In this document: in pieces, positions 7,118 to 16,880 of the stretch
Layout: the number at the start of each line of letters is the position of its first letter
Numbering within the stretch: the stretch's first letter is position 1
Origin: an uncultured virus (IMG/VR IMGVR_UViG_2706795104_000001)
Taxonomy: Duplodnaviria > Heunggongvirae > Uroviricota > Caudoviricetes > Herelleviridae
Strand: one strand, 5' to 3'
Virus record (IMG/VR): IMGVR_UViG_2706795104_000001
Span: 32,001-96,000 of that record
Length of the DNA stretch: 64,000 nucleotides
Made by a program: the position numbers and the translations under genes
Notes under the pieces: model-generated
Told to the model about the DNA's origin: nothing
Seen by the model: the letters and a program-made list of their open reading frames with translations, nothing else
Databases searched by the model: none

Positions 7118-8560
7118 ATGGGTGCTGAATTAAATAAAGACAAACAAGTGCAAGTAGAGCCTGAAGCACGTAAATTACCTCAAGCTGCTGAAGACAAAAT
7201 CGCAGAACTACAAAAATCGTTTACGACAGGGGTAGGTATCACACCTGATACGCAAACTGATGCTGCGGCTTTAAGACGTGAATACCTTGAAGACGAAGTT
7301 AAGATGTTAACTTGGGATAACTCAGACTTCACGATTTACCCATTAATCGCTAAACAACAAATCTCTAACACAGTTGCGAAGTATGCAGTGTTTAACCAAC
7401 ACGGACGTACAGGTCATAGCCGTTTCGTTAGTGAGATTGGTGTAGCAAGCATCAACGATCCTAACATCCGTCAAAAGACAGTACAAATGAAGTTCATCTC
7501 TGATACTAAGCAACAATCTATCGCTGCTGGTTTAGTGAACAACATCTCTGACCCAATGACTATCCTTACAGAAGATGCTATCTCTGTAATTGCAAAGAGC
7601 ATTGAGTGGGCTATCTTTTACGGAGATGCGTCTCTATCAGCTGATTCGGATCAACAATCAGGTATCGAGTTCGATGGTTTACACAAACTTATCGACCAAA
7701 AAACAAACGTTATTGACTTAAAAGGTCAGTCTCTATCTGAAGCAGTACTTAACAAAGCGGCTGTAATCGTAGGTAAAGGTTACGGTAAAGCTACAGATGC
7801 GTTTATGCCGATTGGGGTGCAAGCTGAATTTACGAATAACCTATTAGACCGTCAACGTGTAATTCAACCGTCTAGTGCAGGTGGATTCTCAACTGGTTTC
7901 ACTATCAACCAATTCTTATCAGCTCGTGGTGCTATCAACTTACACGGTTCTACTATCATGGAGAACGACAACGTATTAGTTGAAAACCGCTTACCACAAG
8001 CAAACGCTCCACTTCCAGTTAAGTCACTTAAAGCAACTGTGAAAGCAGGAGACAAAGGTGGATTCTTACCTGAAGATAAGTCTCTATCATACAAAGTTGT
8101 AGTATACTCTAACGAAGCTGAGTCTGTAGCATCTGATGCTGTAACTGCTGCTATCACTGATGCAACAAGCTCTGTAACATTAGATATCGAGTTACAACCG
8201 ATCTACCAAGCTCAACCACAATTCGTAGTTATCTACCGTCAAGGTGCTCAAACTGGACACTACTTCCAAATTGCTCGTGTACCTGTGGCTAAAGCTAACG
8301 AGTTAAACGTAATTACATTCGTGGATCGTAACGAAATCATCCCTGAAACAACTGATGTATTCGTTGGTGAAATGAACCAAAACGTTCTTAGCTTACTAGA
8401 GTTACTACCAATGATGCGTTTACCATTAGCGCAAATGAACGCTACATACACGTTCTCAGTACTTTGGTACGGTGCTTTAGCACTATACGCTCCTAAGAAA
8501 TGGGTACGTATTAAGAACGTTAAATACATCCCAGCTTTAGCTGCTGATGTGACTCTATAG
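7118..8560 (+). CDS. Major capsid protein
   Basis: KSFTTGVGITPDTQ, ALRREYL, AKSIEWAIFYGD, EFDGL, VLWYGALAL typical of Herelleviridae capsids. Confidence 0.97.
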   Translation: MGAELNKDKQVQVEPEARKLPQAAEDKIAELQKSFTTGVGITPDTQTDAAALRREYLEDEVKMLTWDNSDFTIYPLIAKQQISNTVAKYAVFNQHGRTGHSRFVSEIGVASINDPNIRQKTVQMKFISDTKQQSIAAGLVNNISDPMTILTEDAISVIAKSIEWAIFYGDASLSADSDQQSGIEFDGLHKLIDQKTNVIDLKGQSLSEAVLNKAAVIVGKGYGKATDAFMPIGVQAEFTNNLLDRQRVIQPSSAGGFSTGFTINQFLSARGAINLHGSTIMENDNVLVENRLPQANAPLPVKSLKATVKAGDKGGFLPEDKSLSYKVVVYSNEAESVASDAVTAAITDATSSVTLDIELQPIYQAQPQFVVIYRQGAQTGHYFQIARVPVAKANELNVITFVDRNEIIPETTDVFVGEMNQNVLSLLELLPMMRLPLAQMNATYTFSVLWYGALALYAPKKWVRIKNVKYIPALAADVTL

Positions 8561-8596
8561 TAGTTAGTTCTACGAAAACTGAATAGAAAACTGAAT

Positions 8597-8630
8597 AGGG
8601 ACAGACGAAAATTCTGTCCCTTTTTATTTT
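8597..8630 (+). terminator. Intrinsic terminator
   Basis: AGGGACAGA...TCTGTCCCT plus T tract. Confidence 0.88.
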
Positions 8631-8650
8631 ATTAGAATAGGAGAGATAGT

Positions 8651-8857
8651 ATGTTAGTTCATGATTATTTTAAAAACCACAAGGTAGCTACAGTCTACGG
8701 AGACATTAACTTTGACGAGAAGGGTGAGTCGGAAGACTTAACGTTAGAGCAACAAAAAGAGTTCAAAGGACACCCAGGGTTCAACTTCGTAGAGCCAAAG
8801 AAAGAAGTAAAGAAAGCTCCTGCAAAAGCTAAAGTTAATACTAAAAAAGAAGAATAG
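8651..8857 (+). CDS. Small hypothetical protein after capsid gene
   Basis: SD AGGAGA; 68 aa; synteny. Confidence 0.8.
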   Translation: MLVHDYFKNHKVATVYGDINFDEKGESEDLTLEQQKEFKGHPGFNFVEPKKEVKKAPAKAKVNTKKEE

Positions 8858-8877
8858 AAAGGGAAAGGTGATTGGGT

Positions 8878-9753
8878 ATGATTACTAACCCATACGAAGG
8901 TAATCAGTATCAACATAACAACGAGAAGCTGATAGACCTTGACAAAGTAGATAGTTACACTCTAGCAGACTATGGTTTAACTGTAGACGCAGTAAAGATT
9001 AATCACTTTGGTATTGACGTTACAGACCCACGAACTGGTGAGTATCTACCTGACGCATTCTATAAAGCTAAGATAGAGCAAGCGGTCGCACAGGTAGAGA
9101 AGCAACTAGACATTGTTATTCTTCCTAGATACGTAAAAGAACATCATGATTTTCACCGTAATGATTTCGAGAGCTTCATGTTCGTACAAGCTCACCGTAG
9201 ACCAGTAATACAGATGGAAAAAATCGTCCTAGAGTATGGAGGAGGAACTATCTTCAACTACCCTACGAAGTGGTGGAGAGTTAACAAGTTGCCTGGACAC
9301 ATCGAAATGTTACCTACTCTTATGTCGTCTGATATGGGACAAGGACTAAACCTATCACACGCATACTCAGGATACCCAATGATTACAGGTATCCCGAACT
9401 TAGCAGGAAACAACAACTACGCTCCTCAAATGTTCCATGTGGAATATGTTGCAGGACTATTACCACCTAAGCGTAGTGGTGTATCAGAACCGTGGGAGAT
9501 GCACCCTGACTTATGGACACTAATCATTAAGCACGCTCTAAAAGAAGTATTCCAACAATGGGGTCGCTTAATTATCGGTCCTGGTATTGCAAACATGTCT
9601 ATGTCTATTGATGGTGTATCGCAAAGCATTGATACAACTCAATCTGCTATGTACGGTGGAGCTTCTGCCGATATCCTACAAATTGACAGAGATATCGAAG
9701 AATTAACAAAAGGTCTACGTGCTTACTATGGAATGAATTTAGGAATTATTTAA
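8878..9753 (+). CDS. Head-tail connector/adaptor protein
   Basis: Synteny; IIGPGIA...SIDGVSQSIDTTQSAMYGGASA motif. Confidence 0.8.
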   Translation: MITNPYEGNQYQHNNEKLIDLDKVDSYTLADYGLTVDAVKINHFGIDVTDPRTGEYLPDAFYKAKIEQAVAQVEKQLDIVILPRYVKEHHDFHRNDFESFMFVQAHRRPVIQMEKIVLEYGGGTIFNYPTKWWRVNKLPGHIEMLPTLMSSDMGQGLNLSHAYSGYPMITGIPNLAGNNNYAPQMFHVEYVAGLLPPKRSGVSEPWEMHPDLWTLIIKHALKEVFQQWGRLIIGPGIANMSMSIDGVSQSIDTTQSAMYGGASADILQIDRDIEELTKGLRAYYGMNLGII

Positions 9754-9766
9754 GGAGGGATAGACA

Positions 9767-10561
9767 ATGGCAGAAAAACCATCCATGCTCCAAACGATGT
9801 CTACGGCCGCATTACGTACCGAGATGTTAGACATTCACGTTGATGCTATGTCTCTTCCTGCTCTTTGGGAGAAATCCTACCTATGCCCTTGCCGAGACAA
9901 AGCGACACGACAACCGAACCAATCTTGTAAGGTATGTCATGGTCGTGGGATCGCCTACCTACCTGGAACAAAGATAGGTATTATCGTCCAGTCTCAAGAG
10001 AAGGGTGTATTTAACGGGGACTTAGGACTACTGGATTCAGGGACTGCCATTGGTACTCCTGACCGAGATTACCAAGTAGCATTCCGAGACAGACTTACAA
10101 TCCTAGCTCCTGATTCTACTATATCGCAATCTTTCATTTTCGATGTCACTTCACGAAGAGTTAAGAACGGGTTCTACATGGTATACGATGTTAAGTCTAT
10201 CGAACTTGTGAGAACAATGGAAGAAGAACTAGTAGAAGGAACAGACTACACGTTTGACCGTGCTAAGAACCTGTTCTACCCTAAAGAGCACTTAATGGGA
10301 CAGAACGTATCTATGAACATTAAAACGACTCTACGGTACCTTGTAGCCGACTTACTGAAGGAGCATCGTTACGCAAGAGACGTTAGTGGAAAGTTAAACC
10401 GACTACCACAGAAGTTACTGTTAAAACGTGAAGACGTATTCATTGATAAGGAAGCATTCGAAGTTGGAGTGGACAATAAAGAAGTCAGTCTAGAGATTGA
10501 TGCGAAGAGTAAACCTAACCCTGACGGTCTAAACGGATTCTTTAGGAAGCGTGAAGGTTAA
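9767..10561 (+). CDS. Neck/head-closure virion protein with CPC...CxxCxGxG motif
   Basis: WEKSYLCPC, CKVCHGRGIAY; synteny. Confidence 0.75.
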   Translation: MAEKPSMLQTMSTAALRTEMLDIHVDAMSLPALWEKSYLCPCRDKATRQPNQSCKVCHGRGIAYLPGTKIGIIVQSQEKGVFNGDLGLLDSGTAIGTPDRDYQVAFRDRLTILAPDSTISQSFIFDVTSRRVKNGFYMVYDVKSIELVRTMEEELVEGTDYTFDRAKNLFYPKEHLMGQNVSMNIKTTLRYLVADLLKEHRYARDVSGKLNRLPQKLLLKREDVFIDKEAFEVGVDNKEVSLEIDAKSKPNPDGLNGFFRKREG

Positions 10562-11190
10562 TGGTTAGGAAAGCAAGACGACCTAGGTTACTCAAGAGTA
10601 GCAACGCTATTAAAACAGCAATGACTAACCTAGGTGATAACCTTGCTCAGGACGTTTTAGACACAGGGATGAAAACTATCATAGAGAGTAAGCCAAAAAA
10701 CATCTCTGCTAAACGTATGCCGAAGTACCTGAAATTGACCGAGGAGAGGCTAGAAAAGTTAGAGGTTATAGACCTTAAACCATACTTCGCTAAAAGTTCT
10801 AAACGTAAGACGAAGAAGGACGGTGGTTGGTACTTAACGGTTCCAATCAGACGTAAGGCTAGAGGAATGTCAAGACGTATGTATGAACAACTACGTGCAG
10901 TCGATATAGGTGATAGTACAAATAAAACAGTTGTATCGGATTATCTGTACGACCGCAGAAGACAGTCTGACGCTTCTCTGCTTAATTACACACCTAAGTC
11001 GAATAACATCAACAAAATGAAAGTCGGACGTAATAGACACGACTACGTGGCTTTCAGAACAGTATCTGATAAGTCACCTGCTAGTAGTTGGATCATAAAC
11101 CGTGACAAGGTTAACAAGGATGATACATCTAAAACATTCGTAGCGAACGTTAACCGATTAATGAAGTGGAAGATGAAAAATGGTATGTAG
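10561..11190 (+). CDS. Basic neck/tail-completion region protein
   Basis: GGWYLTVPIR, YVAFRTVSDKSPASSWI; start overlaps upstream stop. Confidence 0.75.
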   Translation: MVRKARRPRLLKSSNAIKTAMTNLGDNLAQDVLDTGMKTIIESKPKNISAKRMPKYLKLTEERLEKLEVIDLKPYFAKSSKRKTKKDGGWYLTVPIRRKARGMSRRMYEQLRAVDIGDSTNKTVVSDYLYDRRRQSDASLLNYTPKSNNINKMKVGRNRHDYVAFRTVSDKSPASSWIINRDKVNKDDTSKTFVANVNRLMKWKMKNGM

Positions 11191-11213
11191 AAAGTTAGGA
11201 GGTGGGCTACGTT

Positions 11214-12071
11214 ATGATGCCTAGTATCGACTCGTATTTATACAACGAAATAGAGGAGAAATTACAGATTTTCCTTACGAACCGTTATATTATAGAGGAA
11301 ATCTTAAAAGACATACAACCTCGTGTAGCAAAAAACTTCATAAGAACATACGGAGGAGATAACCCAACACGGGAAATCCCAATCGTATACACAATGCCAC
11401 AGGACAAGCAAACGCAACAAGGAGCTATCTATATCGGGCTACGAGAAGGTGAAGAGACTGACACAAGTATTGGTAATACCGAAGACACTTACTTGTTTAA
11501 GCAAGGTTCTCTCATCGCAGAGGAATCTCTCATCCACGTATCGGATGACAAGAAGAGACTGTATTTCGAAGTAACACACCCGATTGGAGAGTTAGAAGTT
11601 GTGAAGAACTTCGAGTTCTCCCGTGAAGACAACGTTACAATCGAGGGTAACAGAGTATATTTTGAATACGATCCTGAGCTTGCTACGATCCTGAATCCTT
11701 TTGAAGTGGTCTATATGGCAACGACTGGTGAAGAGGTTGGACTAAAGCAAGGTTTCACTGCCACAGAATACTACTCGGTGTTAGTCGTATCTACGAACAT
11801 GGATACAGTAAGATGCTTAGACCTAGTGGTTAAAGCAATTCTTATCCTAATGCGTAGTAACCCTGAAGAGTTAACGAACAACCTTCTACAGAGACTGAAG
11901 TTCGGTCAGATAGAAGAGATTAACTTAGGTAGGGAAGACGGTTCTAACCCTGAGATACTATACGGTAGAGAGACAATTGTATCATACAAAACTTCTTATA
12001 ACCTAGACGCTCCGCTATTAGACAAGCTAGAGAAAATCATGGTTAACATGAAGGTAAAAGGAGGGGAATAG
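11214..12071 (+). CDS. Putative tail terminator/completion protein
   Basis: SD AGGAGGTG; MPSIDSYL start; position before sheath. Confidence 0.7.
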   Translation: MMPSIDSYLYNEIEEKLQIFLTNRYIIEEILKDIQPRVAKNFIRTYGGDNPTREIPIVYTMPQDKQTQQGAIYIGLREGEETDTSIGNTEDTYLFKQGSLIAEESLIHVSDDKKRLYFEVTHPIGELEVVKNFEFSREDNVTIEGNRVYFEYDPELATILNPFEVVYMATTGEEVGLKQGFTATEYYSVLVVSTNMDTVRCLDLVVKAILILMRSNPEELTNNLLQRLKFGQIEEINLGREDGSNPEILYGRETIVSYKTSYNLDAPLLDKLEKIMVNMKVKGGE

Positions 12072-12073
12072 CA

Positions 12074-12298
12074 ATGGCAAAGGTAGAGAAAGAAGTTAAA
12101 GAGGTTAAACAAGCGACAGAGGTTGAGCCAATCAAACCGTATGTACATGTTGATACATTCCTACAGACCGCAGTTCCACTGTTTGGTATGAGTACCATGC
12201 AAGCAGCAGGATTCAAAGTCATTATGGAAGGTCGTCATTATCAGACGGACGAAACAGTTTTCCTCAATGAGCTTAAACAATATTTAGGTTTAGAATAA
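12074..12298 (+). CDS. Small hypothetical protein before sheath
   Basis: SD GGAGGGG; synteny. Confidence 0.8.
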   Translation: MAKVEKEVKEVKQATEVEPIKPYVHVDTFLQTAVPLFGMSTMQAAGFKVIMEGRHYQTDETVFLNELKQYLGLE

Positions 12299-12326
12299 CG
12301 CTAAAATAGAAAGGAAGATAAACGCT

Positions 12327-14033
12327 ATGGTATCATACGGACACGACAGAAAGCGTCCTCACACTGAGATTACACTTAACGCTAGTGGATTAGGTTCAGC
12401 TAACGCAAGAAGTGAAAAACCTCTTGTATTAATTGGTTCTGCAACTGGTGGACAACCAAAAGTTCCTGTAGAGCTAACGAACTTTGCACAAGCTAGAGAC
12501 TTCTTCCGTGGTGGGGAACTATTAGACGCAATTGAAATGGCTTGGAACCCATCTCCTAATACTCGTGGCGCAGGTAAAATCTACGCAATCCGAGCAGACG
12601 ATGCGAAACAAGCAACGAAAACAAGCGGAGGGTTAACAGTTACATCTAAACTTTACGGTGCAGATGCAAACGAAATCCAATACTCTCTAACTGATAACGC
12701 ACTAACTAACTCTAAACGTTTCAGTGTGTACTTCACAAAAGAACGTTACGAGCAAGTGTATGACAACATCGGTAACATTTTCTCTATCCAATACAAAGGT
12801 TCTCAGGCTTACGGGTCTGTAACAATTGAGGTAGACGCTGCAACTAAACTTGCTACGAAGTTAACTCTTAAAGCAGGGGCAGACAAAGTAGGTGCTACTG
12901 AAATTCGTTCTTACACGTTAGGAAAAGGTGTCTACCAAAATGTTAACGTACTAATCAATGACATTAGCAACCTACCTGACTTCACAGTAGTGACGAACTC
13001 TCTAGGTGGAAACAAGAACGTAGAGACTCAATTCTTAGATGCAGTAGCTGAGGTAGATACAAAAGCAACAGCTAAAATGATTACGGCTGTAGGCGCAGAC
13101 TTAGTTAACCAAACTGACACTGATCCATATGTAAAACTTTCATACGATCCAAAAACTGCAATCCCTGCTACAATCCAAGTTACAAACTTAGCAGGTGGGT
13201 CTACAAGTGTTCCTGGTAACTCTTGGGCAGAACTATTTACGGCAGTGGCAGACTTAGGTGCTTACTACATCGTACCTTTAACTGATAAAGAGTCTATCCA
13301 CGGTGAACTATCTCAGTTCTTACGTGATGAGTCAGGAGCAGGAAACCAACTACGAGGATTCGTAGGTGGAGGTCTAAAAGATACATTCGATAAGTTAAAA
13401 GCTCGTCAAGCAGGTTTACGTAACCCTCGTGTTAGCTTAGTTGGTAACTCAGGAACTCGTAGAATGTCAGACGGTCGAGTGTACAACTACCCTGCATACA
13501 TGGGTGCTGCTTTAATCGGTGGTATCGCAAGTGGTATCGGAGTAGGGGAGCCAGTTACATACAAAAAACTAAATGTTGAAGCATTAGACATGAAGTTCAC
13601 TGGCGACCAGTTAGACCAGTTAGATGCGGCAGGAGTAGTAATGGTAGAGTTCGTTCGTACTCGTCAAAACTCATACTTCCGTATTGTAAGTGACCCAACT
13701 ACTTACAACGCTTCTACGGAGCCTGTACAAAACCGTATCTCTTTAGGAGAGGTTAGTGACTTCTTAACTACTGAGCTACGTACGATGTTAGACGAGCAGT
13801 TCATCGGGACTCGTATCCGTAACACATCTGCTTCTATCATCAAAAACGCAGTTGAGTCATTCTTGGATCAACAAAAGAACGTAGACGGTCTAATCGTAGA
13901 CTACAACCCTGACGATGTGCAAGTTGTTATCACAGGTAACTCTGCTCGTATCAACATCACTGTACAACCAGCTCGTGGTCTAGACGACATCACAGTAGGT
14001 ATCAACTACGTAGACAACAAGCTAACTGCTTAA
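12327..14033 (+). CDS. Tail sheath protein
   Basis: RPHTEI, FRGGELLDAIEMAWNP, GEVSDFL; 568 aa. Confidence 0.95.
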   Translation: MVSYGHDRKRPHTEITLNASGLGSANARSEKPLVLIGSATGGQPKVPVELTNFAQARDFFRGGELLDAIEMAWNPSPNTRGAGKIYAIRADDAKQATKTSGGLTVTSKLYGADANEIQYSLTDNALTNSKRFSVYFTKERYEQVYDNIGNIFSIQYKGSQAYGSVTIEVDAATKLATKLTLKAGADKVGATEIRSYTLGKGVYQNVNVLINDISNLPDFTVVTNSLGGNKNVETQFLDAVAEVDTKATAKMITAVGADLVNQTDTDPYVKLSYDPKTAIPATIQVTNLAGGSTSVPGNSWAELFTAVADLGAYYIVPLTDKESIHGELSQFLRDESGAGNQLRGFVGGGLKDTFDKLKARQAGLRNPRVSLVGNSGTRRMSDGRVYNYPAYMGAALIGGIASGIGVGEPVTYKKLNVEALDMKFTGDQLDQLDAAGVVMVEFVRTRQNSYFRIVSDPTTYNASTEPVQNRISLGEVSDFLTTELRTMLDEQFIGTRIRNTSASIIKNAVESFLDQQKNVDGLIVDYNPDDVQVVITGNSARINITVQPARGLDDITVGINYVDNKLTA

Positions 14034-14084
14034 TCGGAGGGGAGTAATCCCCTTCTATCATAATTATGAACAGGAGTGAACTAC

Positions 14085-14513
14085 ATGGCATCTGTAACTA
14101 ACCAAACGGTACAGACTGGTAATACAGTATACTTCATGATTAAAAACGTACCGATTGCTCGTGCTCAGTCTATCTCAGCAGAGCGTAGCTTTGGTACAAC
14201 TGGGGTATACCAAATCGGTTCTATCATGCCACAAGAACACGTTTACTTAAAGTACGAAGGTTCTGTAACAGTAGAACGTTTCCGTATGAAGAAAGAGAAC
14301 TTAGCGACTCTTGGCTTCGCAGCTTTAGGTGAAGAAGTTCTTCAAATGGACATCCTTGATATCGTGTTATACGATAACTACACACAAGAAGTTATCATCG
14401 CATACCGTGGATGCTCAATTGATACATACAGTGAAGATGTTAAAGCGAACGAAATCACTTCAGAGAGTGCTCGTTTCTACTTCCTAACATCTGCAAACGT
14501 ACGAAGTGTATAA
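14085..14513 (+). CDS. Tail tube protein
   Basis: NQTVQTGNTV, FGTTGVYQIGSIMPQEHVYLKYEG; follows sheath. Confidence 0.93.
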   Translation: MASVTNQTVQTGNTVYFMIKNVPIARAQSISAERSFGTTGVYQIGSIMPQEHVYLKYEGSVTVERFRMKKENLATLGFAALGEEVLQMDILDIVLYDNYTQEVIIAYRGCSIDTYSEDVKANEITSESARFYFLTSANVRSV

Positions 14514-14522
14514 TAGAATCAC

Positions 14523-14554
14523 AGGGAGGACTCACTAGAGTTCTCTCTTTTTTT
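14523..14554 (+). terminator. Intrinsic terminator
   Basis: AGGGAGGACTC...GAGTTCTCTCT plus T tract. Confidence 0.8.
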
Positions 14555-14568
14555 ATGTAACCCTGTAT

Positions 14569-14596
14569 TTTACAATCGTGTTACAGTTCAGTTACA
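14569..14596 (-). promoter_or_regulatory. Putative WalR (YycF) box, three tandem half-sites
   Basis: Minus strand reads TGTAAC-N5-TGTAAC-N5-TGTAAA, matching TGTWAH-N5-TGTWAH, upstream of a 3D-domain autolysin. Confidence 0.65.
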
Positions 14597-14661
14597 ACAG
14601 GGAATTTAGGGTATAAACGTGTTACATTAGGAACTATACCAAAGAAGAAAGGATGATATGA

Positions 14662-15352
14662 ATGAATATCAAGACATTAATCGCAACAGGTGCTTTGTCG
14701 GCAGGACTATTATTTGTCGGACAGGGAACGGCTTCAGCCCAGTGAGTTCGATACGGACAGGAGTGTAGTAGACTATCTGTATCATACGAAAGAGGATCAT
14801 AGCTTTGAGAACCGTAAACAATTGTCCGAAGCCTACGGGATGGTAGGATACACAGGAACAGAAGAACAGAACGTACGATTACTTACGCTTCTTAAAGAGG
14901 ACAGAGGAGAAGTTTCTCCTCAAGAAGGGCAACGAGCAAGAGAAGAAGTTAAACAAGCTAATACGAAGCCACAGACCCCTCAAACGCAACCTAAACAACA
15001 AGCTCAGGTTAAACCTGAACCTAAGCAAACTCAACCGCAAGGTAGAACTATCACAGTGGAAGCAACTGCATACACGCCACATCCAAGTGAGAATGGTGGT
15101 ACATACGGTGGACAAGTACTAACTGCAACAGGATTCAACTTGAGTGCTAACCCTAACGCTAGAGTTATCGCAGTAGACCCACGAGTAATTCCGCTAGGGA
15201 CGAGAGTTCATGTCGAAGGATATGGAGAAGCGACTGCGCTAGATACAGGTGGAGCTATTAAAGGTAATCGTATTGACGTACTAGTACCGACAGATTCACA
15301 AGCAAATGCTTGGGGTCGAAAACAAGTGAAAGTTACGATATTAGGTAAGTAA
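14662..15352 (+). CDS. Secreted 3D-domain (YocH-like) cell-wall hydrolase with DUF3597-like domain; one extra base at ~14738-14740
   Basis: Signal peptide MNIKTLIATGALSAGLLFVGQGTASA is in a different frame from SEFDTDR...; C-terminal VEATAY, IAVDPRVIPLG, DTGGAIKGNRIDV. Confidence 0.85.
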
Positions 15353-15358
15353 TCATCG

Positions 15359-15398
15359 AATAGACACGGATAATAAAAATTCGTGTCTATTTTTTTTT
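15359..15398 (+). terminator. Intrinsic terminator
   Basis: AATAGACACGGA...TTCGTGTCTATT plus T run. Confidence 0.88.
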
Positions 15399-15407
15399 AT
15401 TTTATTG

Positions 15408-15436
15408 TTGACTATTGGAAAACCCTATAATATACT
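15408..15436 (+). promoter_or_regulatory. SigA-type (early) promoter
   Basis: TTGACT-17bp-TATACT with T-rich upstream element. Confidence 0.8.
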
Positions 15437-15488
15437 AAGTATAGAAATTAAAAAACAAACAAAAAATTAAATATGGGGAGTGTTCATT

Positions 15489-16352
15489 ATGACACAGGTA
15501 TTAACAGAAAGATTAGCTATTCTTAGAAAGATGGATTATATCGAGAAGGAGCGTGCTTCACTGTTAGCAGAGTACAATTCTTGCTTTGACCGTCTGAGAG
15601 AACTAGACGAGATTGATAGAATGAGTGCAGAAGCAGATCATGTAGCCCAAGTAATGAAAGAAGCTTACGCACCTGAACCTGAGTCCCAATCTGAGCCTAT
15701 TAAAAAGAGAGTTGTAAGGGTTGGAACGACACGACACAAGTTATCGGACGAAGACATTGAGAGAATTAGTATTCGTATCGGAAGTATGTTTGCAAAGACG
15801 GAGGGCGATCCCAAGATTGAGGAAGTAGTACCTCCTGAGATGGTTGAGCGTATCAGGAACGCAGAACAGAAGATAACGGACGATAGCATTGTATCTATTA
15901 AAACTCCGTTATCTGAGTCTGAGAATGAAGACTTGTTAGCAACCGAAATTGTTGACGTTCCAGTTCACAAAGAAGGACAAACTCTTAAAGAGTACTTTGA
16001 GGAAAACAAAGAGATTCTAGAAGAGGTGGGAGAAGCAAAGGTCGAAGTAAAAGAGGACAAGCCTAAAGAGGAACCTGAGAAAGCTCCTGTAGGTGAAGCT
16101 ACTAAACTACTTCAAATGAAACCTTCATTTATGAGAGGTACAACAAATGATAACAGAATCATTGCTCAGTTCGCAAAAGTTATTCTAAAAGACTACGGTA
16201 AACCAATTAAAGCAAAATTATTACTACAGAAGTTAAGAGACGCAGGTATCTCGATGAAATCACCATATGAAACATTAGCTCAAATAAAAGGATATGAACC
16301 AAGTATCCAAAGTGCAGGTTACGGACTGTATCAATACGTCCCAACCCGTTAA
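15489..16352 (+). CDS. Rok-like protein (N-terminal coiled coil, acidic linker, C-terminal winged helix)
   Basis: LTERLAIL...FDRLRELD N-terminus and ILKDYGKPIK...GLYQY C-terminus resemble Bacillus Rok/sRok domains (from recall). Confidence 0.6.
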   Translation: MTQVLTERLAILRKMDYIEKERASLLAEYNSCFDRLRELDEIDRMSAEADHVAQVMKEAYAPEPESQSEPIKKRVVRVGTTRHKLSDEDIERISIRIGSMFAKTEGDPKIEEVVPPEMVERIRNAEQKITDDSIVSIKTPLSESENEDLLATEIVDVPVHKEGQTLKEYFEENKEILEEVGEAKVEVKEDKPKEEPEKAPVGEATKLLQMKPSFMRGTTNDNRIIAQFAKVILKDYGKPIKAKLLLQKLRDAGISMKSPYETLAQIKGYEPSIQSAGYGLYQYVPTR

Positions 16353-16356
16353 TATA

Positions 16357-16385
16357 AGGCTACCACACTAAGTGGTAGCTTTTTC
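16357..16385 (+). terminator. Intrinsic terminator
   Basis: GGCTACCAC-ACTAA-GTGGTAGCT plus Ts. Confidence 0.85.
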
Positions 16386-16460
16386 TATGTTATAATTAAA
16401 ATAAGTAGACAAGTTACTGCTATATTATTAGTGATAAACAAATTTAGGAGGTACATAACA

Positions 16461-16880
16461 ATGGCTGAAGATTTACAGAAGGATATCGTACACTTACAGG
16501 AAGCATCGCCTGAGAGAGTAGAAGCAGAAAAGAAAGCAGAAGAACGTGCAGTAGTAGACCGTATCATTCGTGGTGTTAATGATACATTCGTAAAGGATTA
16601 TGATTTACCTGAATACGACATGAAATTCACGATTAAGATTAAGGCACCTAACGCAATTGATTCAGGAAAGATACACGCTAGAGCGTCTGCATATCTAAGT
16701 GGTATGAATAACTATGCAAGTGATTATATCTCAACAGTATTCCAAACTCTAGCAGCGATCCGAGTTAACGGAATTGACGTTCCTGATGTATTAGCAAAGG
16801 ACGAAGACATCTATAACCTAGACGTACTATTCATAATTGGACGTGATTATGCGGAGTGGCTAGGTACCTTTCGCAGATAA
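16461..16880 (+). CDS. Tail assembly chaperone
   Basis: SD AGGAGG; between tube and tape measure genes; ends TFRR at a candidate slippery site. Confidence 0.85.
   Translation: MAEDLQKDIVHLQEASPERVEAEKKAEERAVVDRIIRGVNDTFVKDYDLPEYDMKFTIKIKAPNAIDSGKIHARASAYLSGMNNYASDYISTVFQTLAAIRVNGIDVPDVLAKDEDIYNLDVLFIIGRDYAEWLGTFRR

Noticed and set aside
8574-8597. 12-bp direct repeat GAAAACTGAATA x2 after the capsid stop
   Set aside because: Only two copies next to a terminator, with no supportable function.
14036-14056. Hairpin between sheath and tube genes as a terminator
   Set aside because: It lacks a U tract and is more likely a stability or processing hairpin.
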